From IMG/VR virus record IMGVR_UViG_3300044697_000009, positions 21,262-85,261 of that record: a stretch of 64,000 nucleotides of DNA; one strand, written 5' to 3'. The position numbers were made by a program, and so were the translations under genes. Under the pieces are notes generated by a model that saw only the letters and a program-made list of their open reading frames with translations, was not told where the DNA came from and ran no database searches. Position 1 is the stretch's first letter; the number at the start of each line of letters is the position of its first letter. The stretch is from a virus. Positions 1-11,231 of the stretch are shown here, piece after piece.

Positions 1-3000
1 TATAGTAATTGGGATATAAGCAGGTAAAAGGTCAGTTGAGAAACTCATAGTTGCGGTAGTAAAGGCCTTGTTTTGAAACATGAGTGTTGCTTCTCTCATA
101 TGCTTAAGACCAAGTGGATCATTTAAAGTCTGAGGAGCCCATGTAACCGATGTAGGTATGCTGTTGTAAATTGTAATAGGACCTACAACAAAATCCAATG
201 CATAGTTGACATAGATATTTGAATTAGCATTATTAACAGATTGGATACTTGTTATAATAGCTTCTTGAATCGTAGTTTCAGTAACAGTTGAGTAATTATG
301 AAATGTACAACCAAGATCAGTGTTCATTGTATTGATCATTGAGTTAAAACTTGTTTGAATATCTCTAAAGTCTTCATTATCAACAAAGAAGCTTCCAGAA
401 GTTCCAGGGACAGTAACACTTACTGGGACTGAAAACGTATTATCGTCAATCACAGTGACTTGATACGTACCATCAATACTAGGTGTTGAGTTACTTCCTG
501 AGATCGTGATAACCCGACCAGTTTGAAGATTATGATTATCACATGTAATAACAGTAGGATCTGCAGCTGAAATATTAGTTATAGTTCCAGTACCTTCGAT
601 TGTTTCAAATGCTTCATAAACATCAGCTGCCGTTGCACCACTTTGAGCCAATCGTTTAGAATCATTGGCTACTTGATTAATCAATGCGTCAACAGCAGTT
701 CTAAGATCAACTCCAGCTGAAATCTCTAGGTTCTCAGTATACGTATGAGTCAAAGTTACGTCTGTATCCATTTTTTGGAGAAGGTTATTATATCCGTAGA
801 CTGTGAGAAGTTGTTCTTGAACAAGTACATCACCAACATCGACGTTACTTAGTCCAGTGAATAGTAATTGAGTCCCAAAATATGCATCAACTGCTAACTG
901 AACGTCTATTTCTCGATCTGCATAATCAGTACGATCAAAATTCTTACGTTCCTGCTCGATATAATTTGTATCTCCAGCACCTAAATACTGTAAGTCATCA
1001 GCAGAATTAATAACTCCGCATGTATCTGTTTTATCAAAAACAGACCAAGTATTTGTTAACGTACTATAGCGATAAGCAATTGTAGCGTATGTATCGTCTG
1101 TAGAACTAACAGTATAAACAGTATAGCTATTGTCCGATTCATAACCTATTCCCCAGGTAGCTGAGTTAAAATTAGTGTATTGAGTCGTTGCAAGTGGTAA
1201 GACTAAAGTATCTATAGGACGAGAAATAATATTAACGCCAGCTTCTGATACTGTATGGATACCTTTAGTAGTCCACGCAAAAACCAAGTTGTTCTGAACA
1301 TCAACCGAATCAGGCGCTATAAGTATAACGCTACTATCAAACAACGCTAGGTTAAAAGGAGCAACTTCTCCAGATATACGGAATAATCCGTCTTCTTTAA
1401 AAACAAATAAACTATCACGTAATGGAAATATTCTTAATATTGCTTTATCTTTTGCACCAACATCAATTGTGTTAACAAGCGGCACGGCTTCAGGTTGCAA
1501 GTATTGTGAATAATAAATCCTATTTGGAAGGACTTGATCGTCACTAACGGGAGCACCATCTGCAGCTCTGATACTTCCAGTTGTACCAGCAACTGTTACA
1601 TGTACTGGAATACTAAAAGTATTAGCGTCAATAACCGTTGCCGTGTATAATCCATCGATATTTGGTGTTGAGTTACTACCTATAATCAAGACTTGATCTA
1701 GATTTGTTAAACCATGGCTTGTAGCAGTAATTACTGTAGGATTAGCAGCGGTGATATTAGTTATAGTATCAGAAGGTGAAAGATCTGGGTTAAAACTTGT
1801 ACCAACGTTTTCATCGTTAGCTATGACATAAAATGGATTTGAAGACAATGTTCGTTCTTGAAGTGAAATTTGTCCAGGAACTGTTAAACTACTAGAAAGA
1901 TAATATGCATTAACTGAGCTATCAGCGTTTTGATTAATGATTCTAACAAGACTTCTAGCAGTTTCATCAACTGCCGTCGCTGGAGATTCAGAAGTAGACA
2001 ACAATACAGTATTGGTTGCGGCATTTTCACCAGTACCAGATTGAGTCGTAGTAACAGTAAATCCACTTGTACCAGCTGCCGAAGCTGAAGTAATTCCATC
2101 ACCAACCGTAGTTATTGTAACGTCATCTCCAGAAACTGTTGTTATGAAATCATAGTTATATCTAGCAATAGTATAATTTGTTTTAAGGGCAACAGTATTT
2201 GCATTATCACCAGAATTCACACTTACACGAATACCAGTTAATCCGGCAGGAGCAGGATCTGTAGCAGTACCAAGTTCATACCAAACGTAGTATTGAGTCT
2301 GATTCTCAGCTGAATTAATAGTAAAATAGCTTGCAGCTCCAGAACTATTTAAAGTCGATGCTGCTTTAGTCACGACATCTGTAATTTGTGGAGTTCCTGT
2401 TGCGAAGTTATAAGTCGTAGTATGTATACCATCAGTAATCATTAACAATGGAGTAATGGAATTATTAAAATCGGTAATCATCTTAGCAACGCCAAGAAGA
2501 TTTATGGTTAATTGATGCGGGCTTCTTGTATTGGCATAGAACATACAGTTCTTGAAATAGTTCATGTCAACGCAATAAGGCGGAGCTTGATTTGCACTTA
2601 AAATCCCAGTTCCATTTGCAGCATCGGTATACAAGAATGCGCCCAAAAATGCATCTGGAGTATCATCAGTAACAATAATATAACCATTTGATATATCAGT
2701 ATTAGTCGGATAAGCTTCGTAGACTTGTTGAAGTTCATCACTAGGTGAGACATCCGTCTGAATTACAGAAGGGCCAGTTGCTATTGCTTGAGGAGATCTA
2801 TAGATTTGAAAAAAGTCGTTTGTAGTAACACCTTGAGGTATAGTTATTCTTAAGACAACATTAGCTGTTGTCGTTAAGCTAAGCCCTGAGATATATTTTG
2901 ACATAGAATCTGGAGATATAACAGGAGTTGTTCCAGAGGTAGGCTCAGTTTGAAGTGCAGTAAGTATTGACCTAAGATATGTTTGTAATGCAACGAGTTC

Positions 3001-4932
3001 TGCATCGGTAGCTGGAGAATCAGGAACTGCCGGTTGAGTAATATTTGTAAATGTATTGCTATTAATTGTAGCTGAAACTACACTAACAAGTCCGGTAGCT
3101 GATGTCAAAAAAGTAATACCAGGTCCAAAAGTAAATGTCACACCGGTATTATTGACGTTAATTCCACTTGAAATAGTAACGGTATTAGGACCAGCAGCTC
3201 CTATTGCTGTTACATACGTATAACTAGGAATTCCTGTACCGGATACAAGGCTTCCTACAAAGATTCCTGAGATATCGGCTAAATTTGTTAATACGTTATT
3301 TGCAACGCCAGACGTTGTCGTGTTAACTGTGAATACTGTAGTACCTGCAGTCGCATCAATAGAAGGACCAACATTTGCGTTAGTAATCGTTAAAAGATTT
3401 GATATAGTAAAGCTACCAGCACTACCAGCAACAGTAACATCAACTGGAACTGTAAATTGAGTTGAATTCAATACAGTCACGGTCTGAGACCCATCGATAC
3501 TAGGTGTTGAGTTACTACCAGAAATCGTAATAGTATCGCCAGTAGCTAATCCATGTGGTGTCAATGTAGTGACTAAAGTAGGATTTGCAACAGAGATATT
3601 TGATATATTTATAGTTGAAGACGTAGTTGTAATACTAAAATCTGATGTAGCTCCTAGAATTGCTGCAGATGTTTGACTAGCAACAGTAGCGGCGTCGTCA
3701 TTTGTAGTTAAAGACACCTGAATTCCAGTCTTACCAGGAAGTGCCGGGTCATTACCTGCCGATGAGACTTGATACCAAACGTAGTATTCTGTTACGTTAT
3801 TGGCATTATTAAGCGTGAAATAGCTTCCAGCTAAACTCTGAGAATAATCAGCACCAGTTGCAACAGTTGTTACTTGTGCAGTACCACTTGATTCATTACC
3901 GGTAGTAGTAAAAGTATTAAACACACTAGATACTGTCTCAGGACCATCTAGTGTTCCAGTTGTGGGAGTAAATCCCGAAAGATTAATCGATTGGCCAGAT
4001 ACGAAATAATCATTGGGATCTACTCCCGTGTTAGTAAAGGCGACACTGGCAACGCCATTACTTATGCTACTACCAGAGATCTGAAGCGGAGCAACTGATA
4101 CTTGATCGGCATAAACTATATCAGCGTCTAATTCTTCTGTCAGATTTATTAAATTTTCTTGTAATTCAATGCCTGTTGCATTTGTTGATAATCCGTATGT
4201 TTCAACAAATTGATTAAACGTAATAAGGCTCGGATTACTTGAGTTATTTGCTGTATCATCTAATGCACCTAAAAGATTCATAAAATCTCTTAACAAAAGA
4301 CTAAGCAATGGATTATATATAGTTACAGGCTCACTTGGAGATCCATAAATCAAGTTATCATTGACGTCAATTGTATTCCATAATACACGATACTCAACAC
4401 CAGCGTCTTGAGTCATATATCCAGTTTGACTACCAGTTGTGACATCAAGTGTTGCAGTTAAATCTAAAGCATTGATGCCGCCAGCATTAGTTATATATCC
4501 ATCCGCAGTTGTGAATTGACTTGGATCAGAAGCTGAGATTTTTTGAACACCATTTGAAGTCGTGAAATAAAAATTACTATTGGCCTCAATAAAACGAATT
4601 CTACGTCCTGTTTGAGGTTCAGTATAACTACCGGCAAATGTATTAAAGATCTCATTTCCACTTGTATCAGTTGTACCGGTATCGTATTGAAGACTTGTTG
4701 CAAAATGTCTTAAGATTCTATTTTTGTAGACTGCAAGTTGTTTTGCTCTATCGTTTTCATCTCCAAAGCTTTGGCCATAGAGTTGATATCCACGACGACT
4801 CTCAATAACGCCATCACGTTTAATAATAACGTTAGTTGCTTCCATTAAACTACCAGGAGGAGTTAAATCTGGATCAAGAGAGTTCGGTTGTGGATTCAAA
4901 CCGATAGCTTTTAAGAGAACACTTGCGGACAT
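1..4932 (-). CDS. Large tail nozzle/hub-like virion protein (P22 gp10 / T7 gp12-like), 3' end outside window
   Basis: ATG at 4932 just after the adaptor stop (MSASVLLKAIGLNPQPNSLD...GSLMEATNVIIKRDGVIESRRGY). The frame appears open to the window edge. Contains repeated inserted beta-domains. Function is inferred from position and N-terminal motif. Confidence 0.7.
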   Translation of the reverse strand, partial: MSASVLLKAIGLNPQPNSLDPDLTPPGSLMEATNVIIKRDGVIESRRGYQLYGQSFGDENDRAKQLAVYKNRILRHFATSLQYDTGTTDTSGNEIFNTFAGSYTEPQTGRRIRFIEANSNFYFTTSNGVQKISASDPSQFTTADGYITNAGGINALDLTATLDVTTGSQTGYMTQDAGVEYRVLWNTIDVNDNLIYGSPSEPVTIYNPLLSLLLRDFMNLLGALDDTANNSSNPSLITFNQFVETYGLSTNATGIELQENLINLTEELDADIVYADQVSVAPLQISGSSISNGVASVAFTNTGVDPNDYFVSGQSINLSGFTPTTGTLDGPETVSSVFNTFTTTGNESSGTAQVTTVATGADYSQSLAGSYFTLNNANNVTEYYVWYQVSSAGNDPALPGKTGIQVSLTTNDDAATVASQTSAAILGATSDFSITTTSSTINISNISVANPTLVTTLTPHGLATGDTITISGSNSTPSIDGSQTVTVLNSTQFTVPVDVTVAGSAGSFTISNLLTITNANVGPSIDATAGTTVFTVNTTTSGVANNVLTNLADISGIFVGSLVSGTGIPSYTYVTAIGAAGPNTVTISSGINVNNTGVTFTFGPGITFLTSATGLVSVVSATINSNTFTNITQPAVPDSPATDAELVALQTYLRSILTALQTEPTSGTTPVISPDSMSKYISGLSLTTTANVVLRITIPQGVTTNDFFQIYRSPQAIATGPSVIQTDVSPSDELQQVYEAYPTNTDISNGYIIVTDDTPDAFLGAFLYTDAANGTGILSANQAPPYCVDMNYFKNCMFYANTRSPHQLTINLLGVAKMITDFNNSITPLLMITDGIHTTTYNFATGTPQITDVVTKAASTLNSSGAASYFTINSAENQTQYYVWYELGTATDPAPAGLTGIRVSVNSGDNANTVALKTNYTIARYNYDFITTVSGDDVTITTVGDGITSASAAGTSGFTVTTTQSGTGENAATNTVLLSTSESPATAVDETARSLVRIINQNADSSVNAYYLSSSLTVPGQISLQERTLSSNPFYVIANDENVGTSFNPDLSPSDTITNITAANPTVITATSHGLTNLDQVLIIGSNSTPNIDGLYTATVIDANTFSIPVHVTVAGTTGSIRAADGAPVSDDQVLPNRIYYSQYLQPEAVPLVNTIDVGAKDKAILRIFPLRDSLFVFKEDGLFRISGEVAPFNLALFDSSVILIAPDSVDVQNNLVFAWTTKGIHTVSEAGVNIISRPIDTLVLPLATTQYTNFNSATWGIGYESDNSYTVYTVSSTDDTYATIAYRYSTLTNTWSVFDKTDTCGVINSADDLQYLGAGDTNYIEQERKNFDRTDYADREIDVQLAVDAYFGTQLLFTGLSNVDVGDVLVQEQLLTVYGYNNLLQKMDTDVTLTHTYTENLEISAGVDLRTAVDALINQVANDSKRLAQSGATAADVYEAFETIEGTGTITNISAADPTVITCDNHNLQTGRVITISGSNSTPSIDGTYQVTVIDDNTFSVPVSVTVPGTSGSFFVDNEDFRDIQTSFNSMINTMNTDLGCTFHNYSTVTETTIQEAIITSIQSVNNANSNIYVNYALDFVVGPITIYNSIPTSVTWAPQTLNDPLGLKHMREATLMFQNKAFTTATMSFSTDLLPAYIPITI

Positions 4933-4933
4933 G

Positions 4934-6517
4934 TTATACCCTGCGTCTCACGCCCATTTTATTGTAACGAAGTAAACTATGGCGAGCTGTGATTTTTTGT
5001 GGAGTTCCTTCTACACGATCATCAAGCAATGTACCTTGTTGTTGGTTCATTTCCTGAATCTTTTGTAAAGAATTCTGAAGACCTTGTTGATCGCCAAGAC
5101 TTGCGAGTATTCTTGCCGCTGCACGTTCTGCTAAAGAATTATGTAAATCAGGAGGAAGTTGTGGAATAATTGCTTCATTAGCAGGACAAATATAGTCTCC
5201 GACGCTTAATCCTATTCCGTTATAAGCATTTGGAACCGGAATATCTACTGCATTGAAATAAATCGTATTACCAGAAATCGAGACAATCGGAATATCCCAA
5301 TTAAAGATTCTATGTCCTGGATTAGTTTGTAGGAAATCGATAAGATTTCCATTTGCATAAACACCAGAAGGAATACTAACAAAGTCAATACCCTGAGTAC
5401 CAGTGACAATTCCATTTGTATTCAACGTTGGAATACTAAAAGCTTTTGAATTATTTGTAGTGAATGAATAACTAACATTAGAATACTGAATATGAGCTAC
5501 ATCAGTTGATGAATTCCCATTTGTAGCATTGTTGATAATTCCAGTAAGCGCATTTAATGCAATAACGAAATTACTAGTTGTAGTAACTGAACTACCAGAA
5601 TCAATCAAGAATTGATTAGGACTTGTAAAACTACCTGAAGACCCATTTCCTGTGATAGTAGCTGCGATTTGGAAATTGTCATTATCTACGATGTTAATTA
5701 CTTGATACGTTCCATCAATACTAGGGGTAGAATCACTTCCAGAGATTACAACAGTTTGTCCAAGAGTTAAATAATGATTATCGGCAGTGATTTGAACAGT
5801 ACCAGTTTGAGGTGAAGTAATACTTGTAATTGATACAGAAGAACTAGGAACTGCAGTTAAAGTCGCAATTGGAGTTGTATAGACTTCATAACTACCAGGT
5901 AAATAACTCTGATAAGGAGGGTTTCCAACGGCAGGGAGAACTGAAACCGTTTGGACAAGTTGGATATTAAATACATCACCTGGATTCATTACACTACTAT
6001 TTACTGTAATGTCTTGTGAAAAATACTGAATAATTGCAGCTTGGTCATTGGTAACGAGTTGATTCGGACGAATATAAAACGACATTACAAACTGACCAGT
6101 AGGATCAGCAGTAACAGCAGGTAAAAGAACGATATCATTACCTTCTACGTAATATTTATGAACCGCCTGATTAGCACCGATATTTCTTTGAAAGAAAGCT
6201 TTGTCATCAGGTGAGACACGAGTCATATCGAACATATTGCCGGCATTATCTTGCCATTTTATGTCACGAAGTCTCATACCAATTGCACGATTGGGAATTG
6301 GATAACGATTAATTCCAGTAGTTAAAGGTACGACTTCATACGTAACAAAGAATTCTTCATGATACGTCAATACACTTGGGACTTGAGAAATATACATTTC
6401 TTCGTTCACAAATGCGAGAATATCGTCATTGCTAAATGTGTTTTGACTTATCGGAAAAGCAATCTTACGTTGAATACTAGCGATAAGGTCATCACTCGTC
6501 AGCCACGGATTAGCCAT
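4934..6517 (-). CDS. Head-tail adaptor / tail tubular protein A-like with inserted domains
   Basis: Helical N- and C-terminal parts (DDILAFVNEE; IPQLPPDLHNSLAERAAARIL) flank a beta-rich insert. Lies directly upstream of the nozzle-like gene. Confidence 0.6.
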   Translation of the reverse strand: MANPWLTSDDLIASIQRKIAFPISQNTFSNDDILAFVNEEMYISQVPSVLTYHEEFFVTYEVVPLTTGINRYPIPNRAIGMRLRDIKWQDNAGNMFDMTRVSPDDKAFFQRNIGANQAVHKYYVEGNDIVLLPAVTADPTGQFVMSFYIRPNQLVTNDQAAIIQYFSQDITVNSSVMNPGDVFNIQLVQTVSVLPAVGNPPYQSYLPGSYEVYTTPIATLTAVPSSSVSITSITSPQTGTVQITADNHYLTLGQTVVISGSDSTPSIDGTYQVINIVDNDNFQIAATITGNGSSGSFTSPNQFLIDSGSSVTTTSNFVIALNALTGIINNATNGNSSTDVAHIQYSNVSYSFTTNNSKAFSIPTLNTNGIVTGTQGIDFVSIPSGVYANGNLIDFLQTNPGHRIFNWDIPIVSISGNTIYFNAVDIPVPNAYNGIGLSVGDYICPANEAIIPQLPPDLHNSLAERAAARILASLGDQQGLQNSLQKIQEMNQQQGTLLDDRVEGTPQKITARHSLLRYNKMGVRRRV

Positions 6518-6540
6518 TTAAAGCTCCTGTGGTTTCAGTA

Positions 6541-7077
6541 TTAATATGGATTTTCAGATTTCTTTGAGCTACGTTTTTTCTTCAAAGCCATGAGTTTTTC
6601 AAGCTTTGCATTTAACTCGTCTTCATCCATATCTTCAGGCATATCACCTTGCATTTCAGAAGCAGCAGGAGAACCATGTTCTTCATGAGCAGACAAAGCA
6701 TCATGGACGGTGTTTTCAGCGTCATCAACCATATCATTCATTTCTGAATCACTGGTATCATGTTCTGGAACATCGCCGCCTTCACTCATTTGAAGACTAT
6801 CATCGTCGGAGTTTTGGTCCATAGACATATCGGGACTTTGATCAGGATTTTCTTCTTGATCAACGACTTGTTTAGCTTTGTCAAGACCGGCTTTCAAGTC
6901 CTCAGGACTATCAGCGGCGACAACGGCTTTATGGACTTCAGGCGAAGCCATTTTGTGATGCATGTGCTGGGCAGCTAAATCTCTTAGATGCGAAACAACA
7001 TCCATCTTTGCAGCTTTTTCGGCGTCAGAAAGATTTTTCTTACCTTTCATCACCTTTTCTAGTTTTTCTCGTAACAT
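6541..7077 (-). CDS. Acidic hypothetical protein
   Basis: 178 aa ORF with GGGAG SD; D/E/M-rich. Confidence 0.7.
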   Translation of the reverse strand: MLREKLEKVMKGKKNLSDAEKAAKMDVVSHLRDLAAQHMHHKMASPEVHKAVVAADSPEDLKAGLDKAKQVVDQEENPDQSPDMSMDQNSDDDSLQMSEGGDVPEHDTSDSEMNDMVDDAENTVHDALSAHEEHGSPAASEMQGDMPEDMDEDELNAKLEKLMALKKKRSSKKSENPY

Positions 7078-7098
7078 TTTATTCTCCCTTTAGAATAG

Positions 7099-7380
7099 TT
7101 ACACTTTAAAAAATCGTTTAGTACGATTAAATACTCTTGGTTTTGGAAGTCCTGCGACTTTAACGGGTTCAATCTTAGGCCCTGCAGGAGGAGTTTGAGT
7201 CGGTTGTTCTTGTACACTCATTACTCCAGGTTTTCCATAAGGCGAAGACGTTGCACCTGGAACTGAAGTCTTAGGAGTAACACCAACACTAGGAATACTA
7301 GGTGCTTGATTCCCTATTTTTCCCAATGCTTGTTCTTTTTCAAAAAATCCTTTACGTTGATTGGGATTCTTAAAACTCAT
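7099..7380 (-). CDS. Pro-rich basic hypothetical protein
   Basis: 93 aa ORF in the late operon, coupled to the upstream small ORF. Confidence 0.6.
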   Translation of the reverse strand: MSFKNPNQRKGFFEKEQALGKIGNQAPSIPSVGVTPKTSVPGATSSPYGKPGVMSVQEQPTQTPPAGPKIEPVKVAGLPKPRVFNRTKRFFKV

Positions 7381-7548
7381 TTAGCTTCCTTCCCACATTT
7401 TCTTCAAACGTTTGAATTTATGAACTTTCTCTGGTAATTTTTTACCTTTAGAAGCACGATCAAATTCTTTCACTGTTTTAGGTGAGATTTCACCACGTTC
7501 TTCTGCGGCATGAAAAAATCTACGTTGGGCATCTGATTTATAAGGCAT
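7381..7548 (-). CDS. Small basic phage protein (MPYKSDAQRRFF type), missing from the ORF track
   Basis: Read by hand, 55 aa: MPYKSDAQRRFFHAAEERGEISPKTVKEFDRASKGKKLPEKVHKFKRLKKMWEGS. Fills the gap exactly, with a TAATG overlap. Confidence 0.75.
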   Translation of the reverse strand: MPYKSDAQRRFFHAAEERGEISPKTVKEFDRASKGKKLPEKVHKFKRLKKMWEGS

Positions 7549-8600
7549 TATCCTACTACCATCCAGCTATCACTGTCGCCGTTATAACACAAAGCAACAT
7601 GACCATAATTAGAACTTATTACATAACTTGTTGCACCATCTATATGATCTGCTTCATAAGGCGTGACTGTAATATGATTAGTGCCAGCATGACCATCTAC
7701 ATCTTTAATTATGTAATACTGTCCTTGTGTTGCGCCTTGTGGAAGATTAACAGTACACGCTTTACTAGAAGTTGAAATAGCAACTACGTTATCTATGGTT
7801 AAACCAACACTTAATGGAGATGCGGATGAATTATAGTTCTGAACATTTAAATACACTGAATAATTGAATTGACCTGGACCATCAAGAATAATTGCGTTAT
7901 TTTGATTTCCATTTCCATCAGTGCCAGTGGTGATAATTACACTGCCACCGATTGGACCACTAGTACTATTTGTGCTTCCTGCCATAATATTTATATTACC
8001 ACCATTAGCTGAGTTAGATGTACCAGCCGAAAGACTTAATGCAGCTCCTCCAGCTTGATCTGAATTTCCGCAACTAATATTGACACGTCCTGCTTGGCCA
8101 GATCCACTAGAAACGCTACCGCCAGAGATGTTTATAGTAGAAGCATTTCCGCTTCCAGCATTAGCTATGTTTCCGCCTTTGATGTTTATTACTCCAGCAT
8201 TACCAGTAGATGAAGGATTAAGTAAATCACCAGTTAACAACAGGAGTTCAGATGAATCATTAGAAACAGAATTTGTATCTGTAGAACCAATCATTATTAA
8301 TTGCTGAGATTGGTCGTCATCAGAAACATTACCAATAAATGCGCCTGGTCCAGCTGAATTCAGAGTTAATGAAGCTTCAGCTTCTATAGGACTAGGAAGA
8401 CCACTACCACCACCTGCATCTTGAAAACTAGGATCAACATCAGGGCCATTAGATGTCAGGACTTGACCAGATGTTCCTTGGTTAGATGATTGAACTGCAG
8501 TCTGAGCATCTTCAAGTGCTGAAACGACAGTATTCGTGTACATTGGATCACCACCAAGTACGCTCTGCAGAAGATTAATTATCGTTTGATTAATAGCCAT
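7548..8600 (-). CDS. Tail fibre/spike-like protein
   Basis: GTSGQVLTSNG motif, G/N/S-rich GxInIxxG repeats, and a C-terminal LP-x4-G-x5-KD...ITxxP...IDG...NYG domain shared with the other fibres. Confidence 0.65.
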   Translation of the reverse strand: MAINQTIINLLQSVLGGDPMYTNTVVSALEDAQTAVQSSNQGTSGQVLTSNGPDVDPSFQDAGGGSGLPSPIEAEASLTLNSAGPGAFIGNVSDDDQSQQLIMIGSTDTNSVSNDSSELLLLTGDLLNPSSTGNAGVINIKGGNIANAGSGNASTINISGGSVSSGSGQAGRVNISCGNSDQAGGAALSLSAGTSNSANGGNINIMAGSTNSTSGPIGGSVIITTGTDGNGNQNNAIILDGPGQFNYSVYLNVQNYNSSASPLSVGLTIDNVVAISTSSKACTVNLPQGATQGQYYIIKDVDGHAGTNHITVTPYEADHIDGATSYVISSNYGHVALCYNGDSDSWMVVG

Positions 8601-8608
8601 ATATTTCC

Positions 8609-10690
8609 TTATAAAATTCTAACAATAGACATTTCAAGAGCACTACCATATGCTTCGCCTAAACCGATAGAAAATGTTGGTCCACTAGTAACTTGTTGTA
8701 ACTTCAGAGTCACACTAGATGAAGTACCAGGTGCATAAATTCCTGTTATTGTTACTGGAGATCCTCCAGACCCAGAGCCACCACTGACATATACCGACAT
8801 TGGAGCAGAAACTACATTTGTTCCATCTGTTAGTTGAAACGAACACCAACCAGTTCCACCAGTAGATGAAAATGCTAAAAAAGAAACAAAATAAACAGCA
8901 CTTGAAGATGCTGGTGTAAATGTTATGCCGGGTAAAGAACTACCGGCAGCTGAAACAGTTATATTGTTTGATGTTCTTGTATTTAAAGTATCATTACCGC
9001 CAGTCAATCCGAAATCAGCATATCCTATAGTAGAACCGCCAGTCCAAAAATTGGTATGATCGAAGTATCCAGACCAATATGTATTCGTTGGATTAGAAGT
9101 TAATGTAGTCAAAAGTTGTGCTTCTGAACCACCAGATGGTTTTATATAATAATTGTTATCAGACTTTGGATAAATTGCTACATATCCAGAAGGAACTGAT
9201 GATGGAGTCGTGATTTTGTTGATGGCGATACCACCAGGAGACTGAGCCTCTATAGTACCGTTACCACCAGTCTGAAGAAGCAAGATTTCATTATTTGAAG
9301 CAACAATGCTTATCCCTGAACCACGATCTGAGACTTCATTAGTTAATATCGTGTTTTGAAATGTTTTATTACCAGCAAATGTTTGAGCCCCTGTATTAAC
9401 CATTCCTGGATTGGTAGCTGAAGCACTTTGTGCATAGAGATCGTTGCTTACGATTACTAAACCGTTACTTGACGCACTCTGTGAATCAAAAGTTCCAATT
9501 GTATTGACACCACTTCCGCCACCACCAGAACTGCCACCAAATGAATACCAATTCGTACCATCTGAGTAATAAGCCGCAGAACCGTAGTTTGAAGAAATCG
9601 TGGCACTAGAAGCACCATCAATTGTTTCTGAACTATGAGGATCAATAGTAATATTGTGTGTAGCTGAAGCGCCTTTATAGTCTTTTACATAAATTACACG
9701 ACCTGAAGTAGGACTAGGTAACGTAATAGTCGATACGGCACTACTGACATCAACATCCAAGAAATAATCAGTTGTTGAATTATCAACTGAATAACTTCCA
9801 GACACGGCATTAGTTGTAAAACGAATTCCACCTAGAAATTCATGAACTGCAGTACTACTTGCGGCACCAAGTGTGACTTGACTACTAGTAGAATTACCTA
9901 AAACAGTGTTTCCATCAGATGTCAATGCACCAGTAAATGTTTTACTGCCAGAAAAACTCTGAGTCCCAGTATTGACCAATCCAGGTTCTGTACTAGAAGC
10001 AGATTGAGTAGATAATACGTTACTAACAAGGCTTAAACCATTTGAGTTCGCGCTCTGTGAATCTAAAGCACCGATACTTGTTGGAACACTTGATATTCCA
10101 AGCATTGTGTTGACTTGTGACACTGTCAGGTCACTAGGTGAGGCTGAACTACCTGTATTATTACCCTTTAAAGTATTGGATGCCATCTGTGAGAGATTTG
10201 AATTCCCAACAGTATTAGATGCAAGATTTGCTCCGGTAATGCCAGCAGATCCTGAGAGATTTGTATTTGTCAGTCCAGTGATTGTATTACTACCGGCAGC
10301 GATTGTTTTATTAGTCAATGTATCTGTAGTATTTCTACCAACTAATGTATCAGTTGCATCGGGAAGTGTGACTGTACGATTTGCAGTTTGAACGCCAGCG
10401 AGAGTTAATTCAGTACCAGTTGTAGCACCAGAAACAGAGAAATCAATGACCTTTGTCGTATCTGTAGGATCTACGAAATCGGTATTAGAAGCGTCTAAGT
10501 CTTTATTTTGCAACCTATTAGCACCTTGATCTGCATGAGTCTCAGTTACGACTGGAGATGCATTAGTGCCGTTATGAAAATTGATTTTGTTGATTGTGTT
10601 TAAGACTTCAATCTCACCTAGTTGACTAACACTTGATGTAGACACCGGAACGACTTGAAATCCGAACATTAAACGACGTATATTAAGCAT
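8609..10690 (-). CDS. Tail fibre protein
   Basis: 693 aa, S/T/G-rich, with TLVGRNTTDTLTNKTI and TGxQxFxGxKTF fibre repeats. Confidence 0.7.
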   Translation of the reverse strand: MLNIRRLMFGFQVVPVSTSSVSQLGEIEVLNTINKINFHNGTNASPVVTETHADQGANRLQNKDLDASNTDFVDPTDTTKVIDFSVSGATTGTELTLAGVQTANRTVTLPDATDTLVGRNTTDTLTNKTIAAGSNTITGLTNTNLSGSAGITGANLASNTVGNSNLSQMASNTLKGNNTGSSASPSDLTVSQVNTMLGISSVPTSIGALDSQSANSNGLSLVSNVLSTQSASSTEPGLVNTGTQSFSGSKTFTGALTSDGNTVLGNSTSSQVTLGAASSTAVHEFLGGIRFTTNAVSGSYSVDNSTTDYFLDVDVSSAVSTITLPSPTSGRVIYVKDYKGASATHNITIDPHSSETIDGASSATISSNYGSAAYYSDGTNWYSFGGSSGGGGSGVNTIGTFDSQSASSNGLVIVSNDLYAQSASATNPGMVNTGAQTFAGNKTFQNTILTNEVSDRGSGISIVASNNEILLLQTGGNGTIEAQSPGGIAINKITTPSSVPSGYVAIYPKSDNNYYIKPSGGSEAQLLTTLTSNPTNTYWSGYFDHTNFWTGGSTIGYADFGLTGGNDTLNTRTSNNITVSAAGSSLPGITFTPASSSAVYFVSFLAFSSTGGTGWCSFQLTDGTNVVSAPMSVYVSGGSGSGGSPVTITGIYAPGTSSSVTLKLQQVTSGPTFSIGLGEAYGSALEMSIVRIL

Positions 10691-10691
10691 A

Positions 10692-11186
10692 TTAATCCGT
10701 AATCAAGAGTGATTTAGCTGTGTAACCAATCGTACCTGAATGATTAGATCCAGTAATACTGGTAGATGAGAATTGGACTTGACCCAAGTCTGTAATAGAG
10801 AATGTAACGTCTCCGTTGCCCGTATATTCCCTTGACATTTCCCATTTATTACCAGTAGGATTATTAGGATTGTATATAACTTCTAAAGTCCCAAACTCCG
10901 ATACTGTCGTAGCACCTGATCCAGTTGTAGATCTATAAACAGTGTATTGAACTGCTGCACCTTGTACTGCCGCAACCGGGAAGGCTAAAGCTGGTAAACT
11001 AACATTTGTATTAACATTAGCGACCATTGTATAGATTTGAGGAGGAATATCGTAAGGACCTGCAACTGATGCAAGAGCATCTGCCGTTAATTCAGCGAAC
11101 TGAGTAATAGCAGGCGCCCAGTTTGGGGAATCAGCAGATACGGGGAATTGTATAGGAGTTCCAGATATAGTAACAGTGATTGGCAT
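10692..11186 (-). CDS. Virion structural protein (hypothetical)
   Basis: Beta-rich ORF downstream of a late-promoter motif. ATG at 11186. Confidence 0.6.
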   Translation of the reverse strand: MPITVTISGTPIQFPVSADSPNWAPAITQFAELTADALASVAGPYDIPPQIYTMVANVNTNVSLPALAFPVAAVQGAAVQYTVYRSTTGSGATTVSEFGTLEVIYNPNNPTGNKWEMSREYTGNGDVTFSITDLGQVQFSSTSITGSNHSGTIGYTAKSLLITD

Positions 11187-11216
11187 CAATAACCTATAGT
11201 AGAAAAGAGATCTACT

Positions 11217-11229
11217 ATATAGTTATTAA
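11217..11229 (-). promoter_or_regulatory. Putative phage late promoter TTAATAACTATAT
   Basis: Recurrent intergenic motif upstream of structural genes. Confidence 0.65.
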
Positions 11230-11231
11230 CT

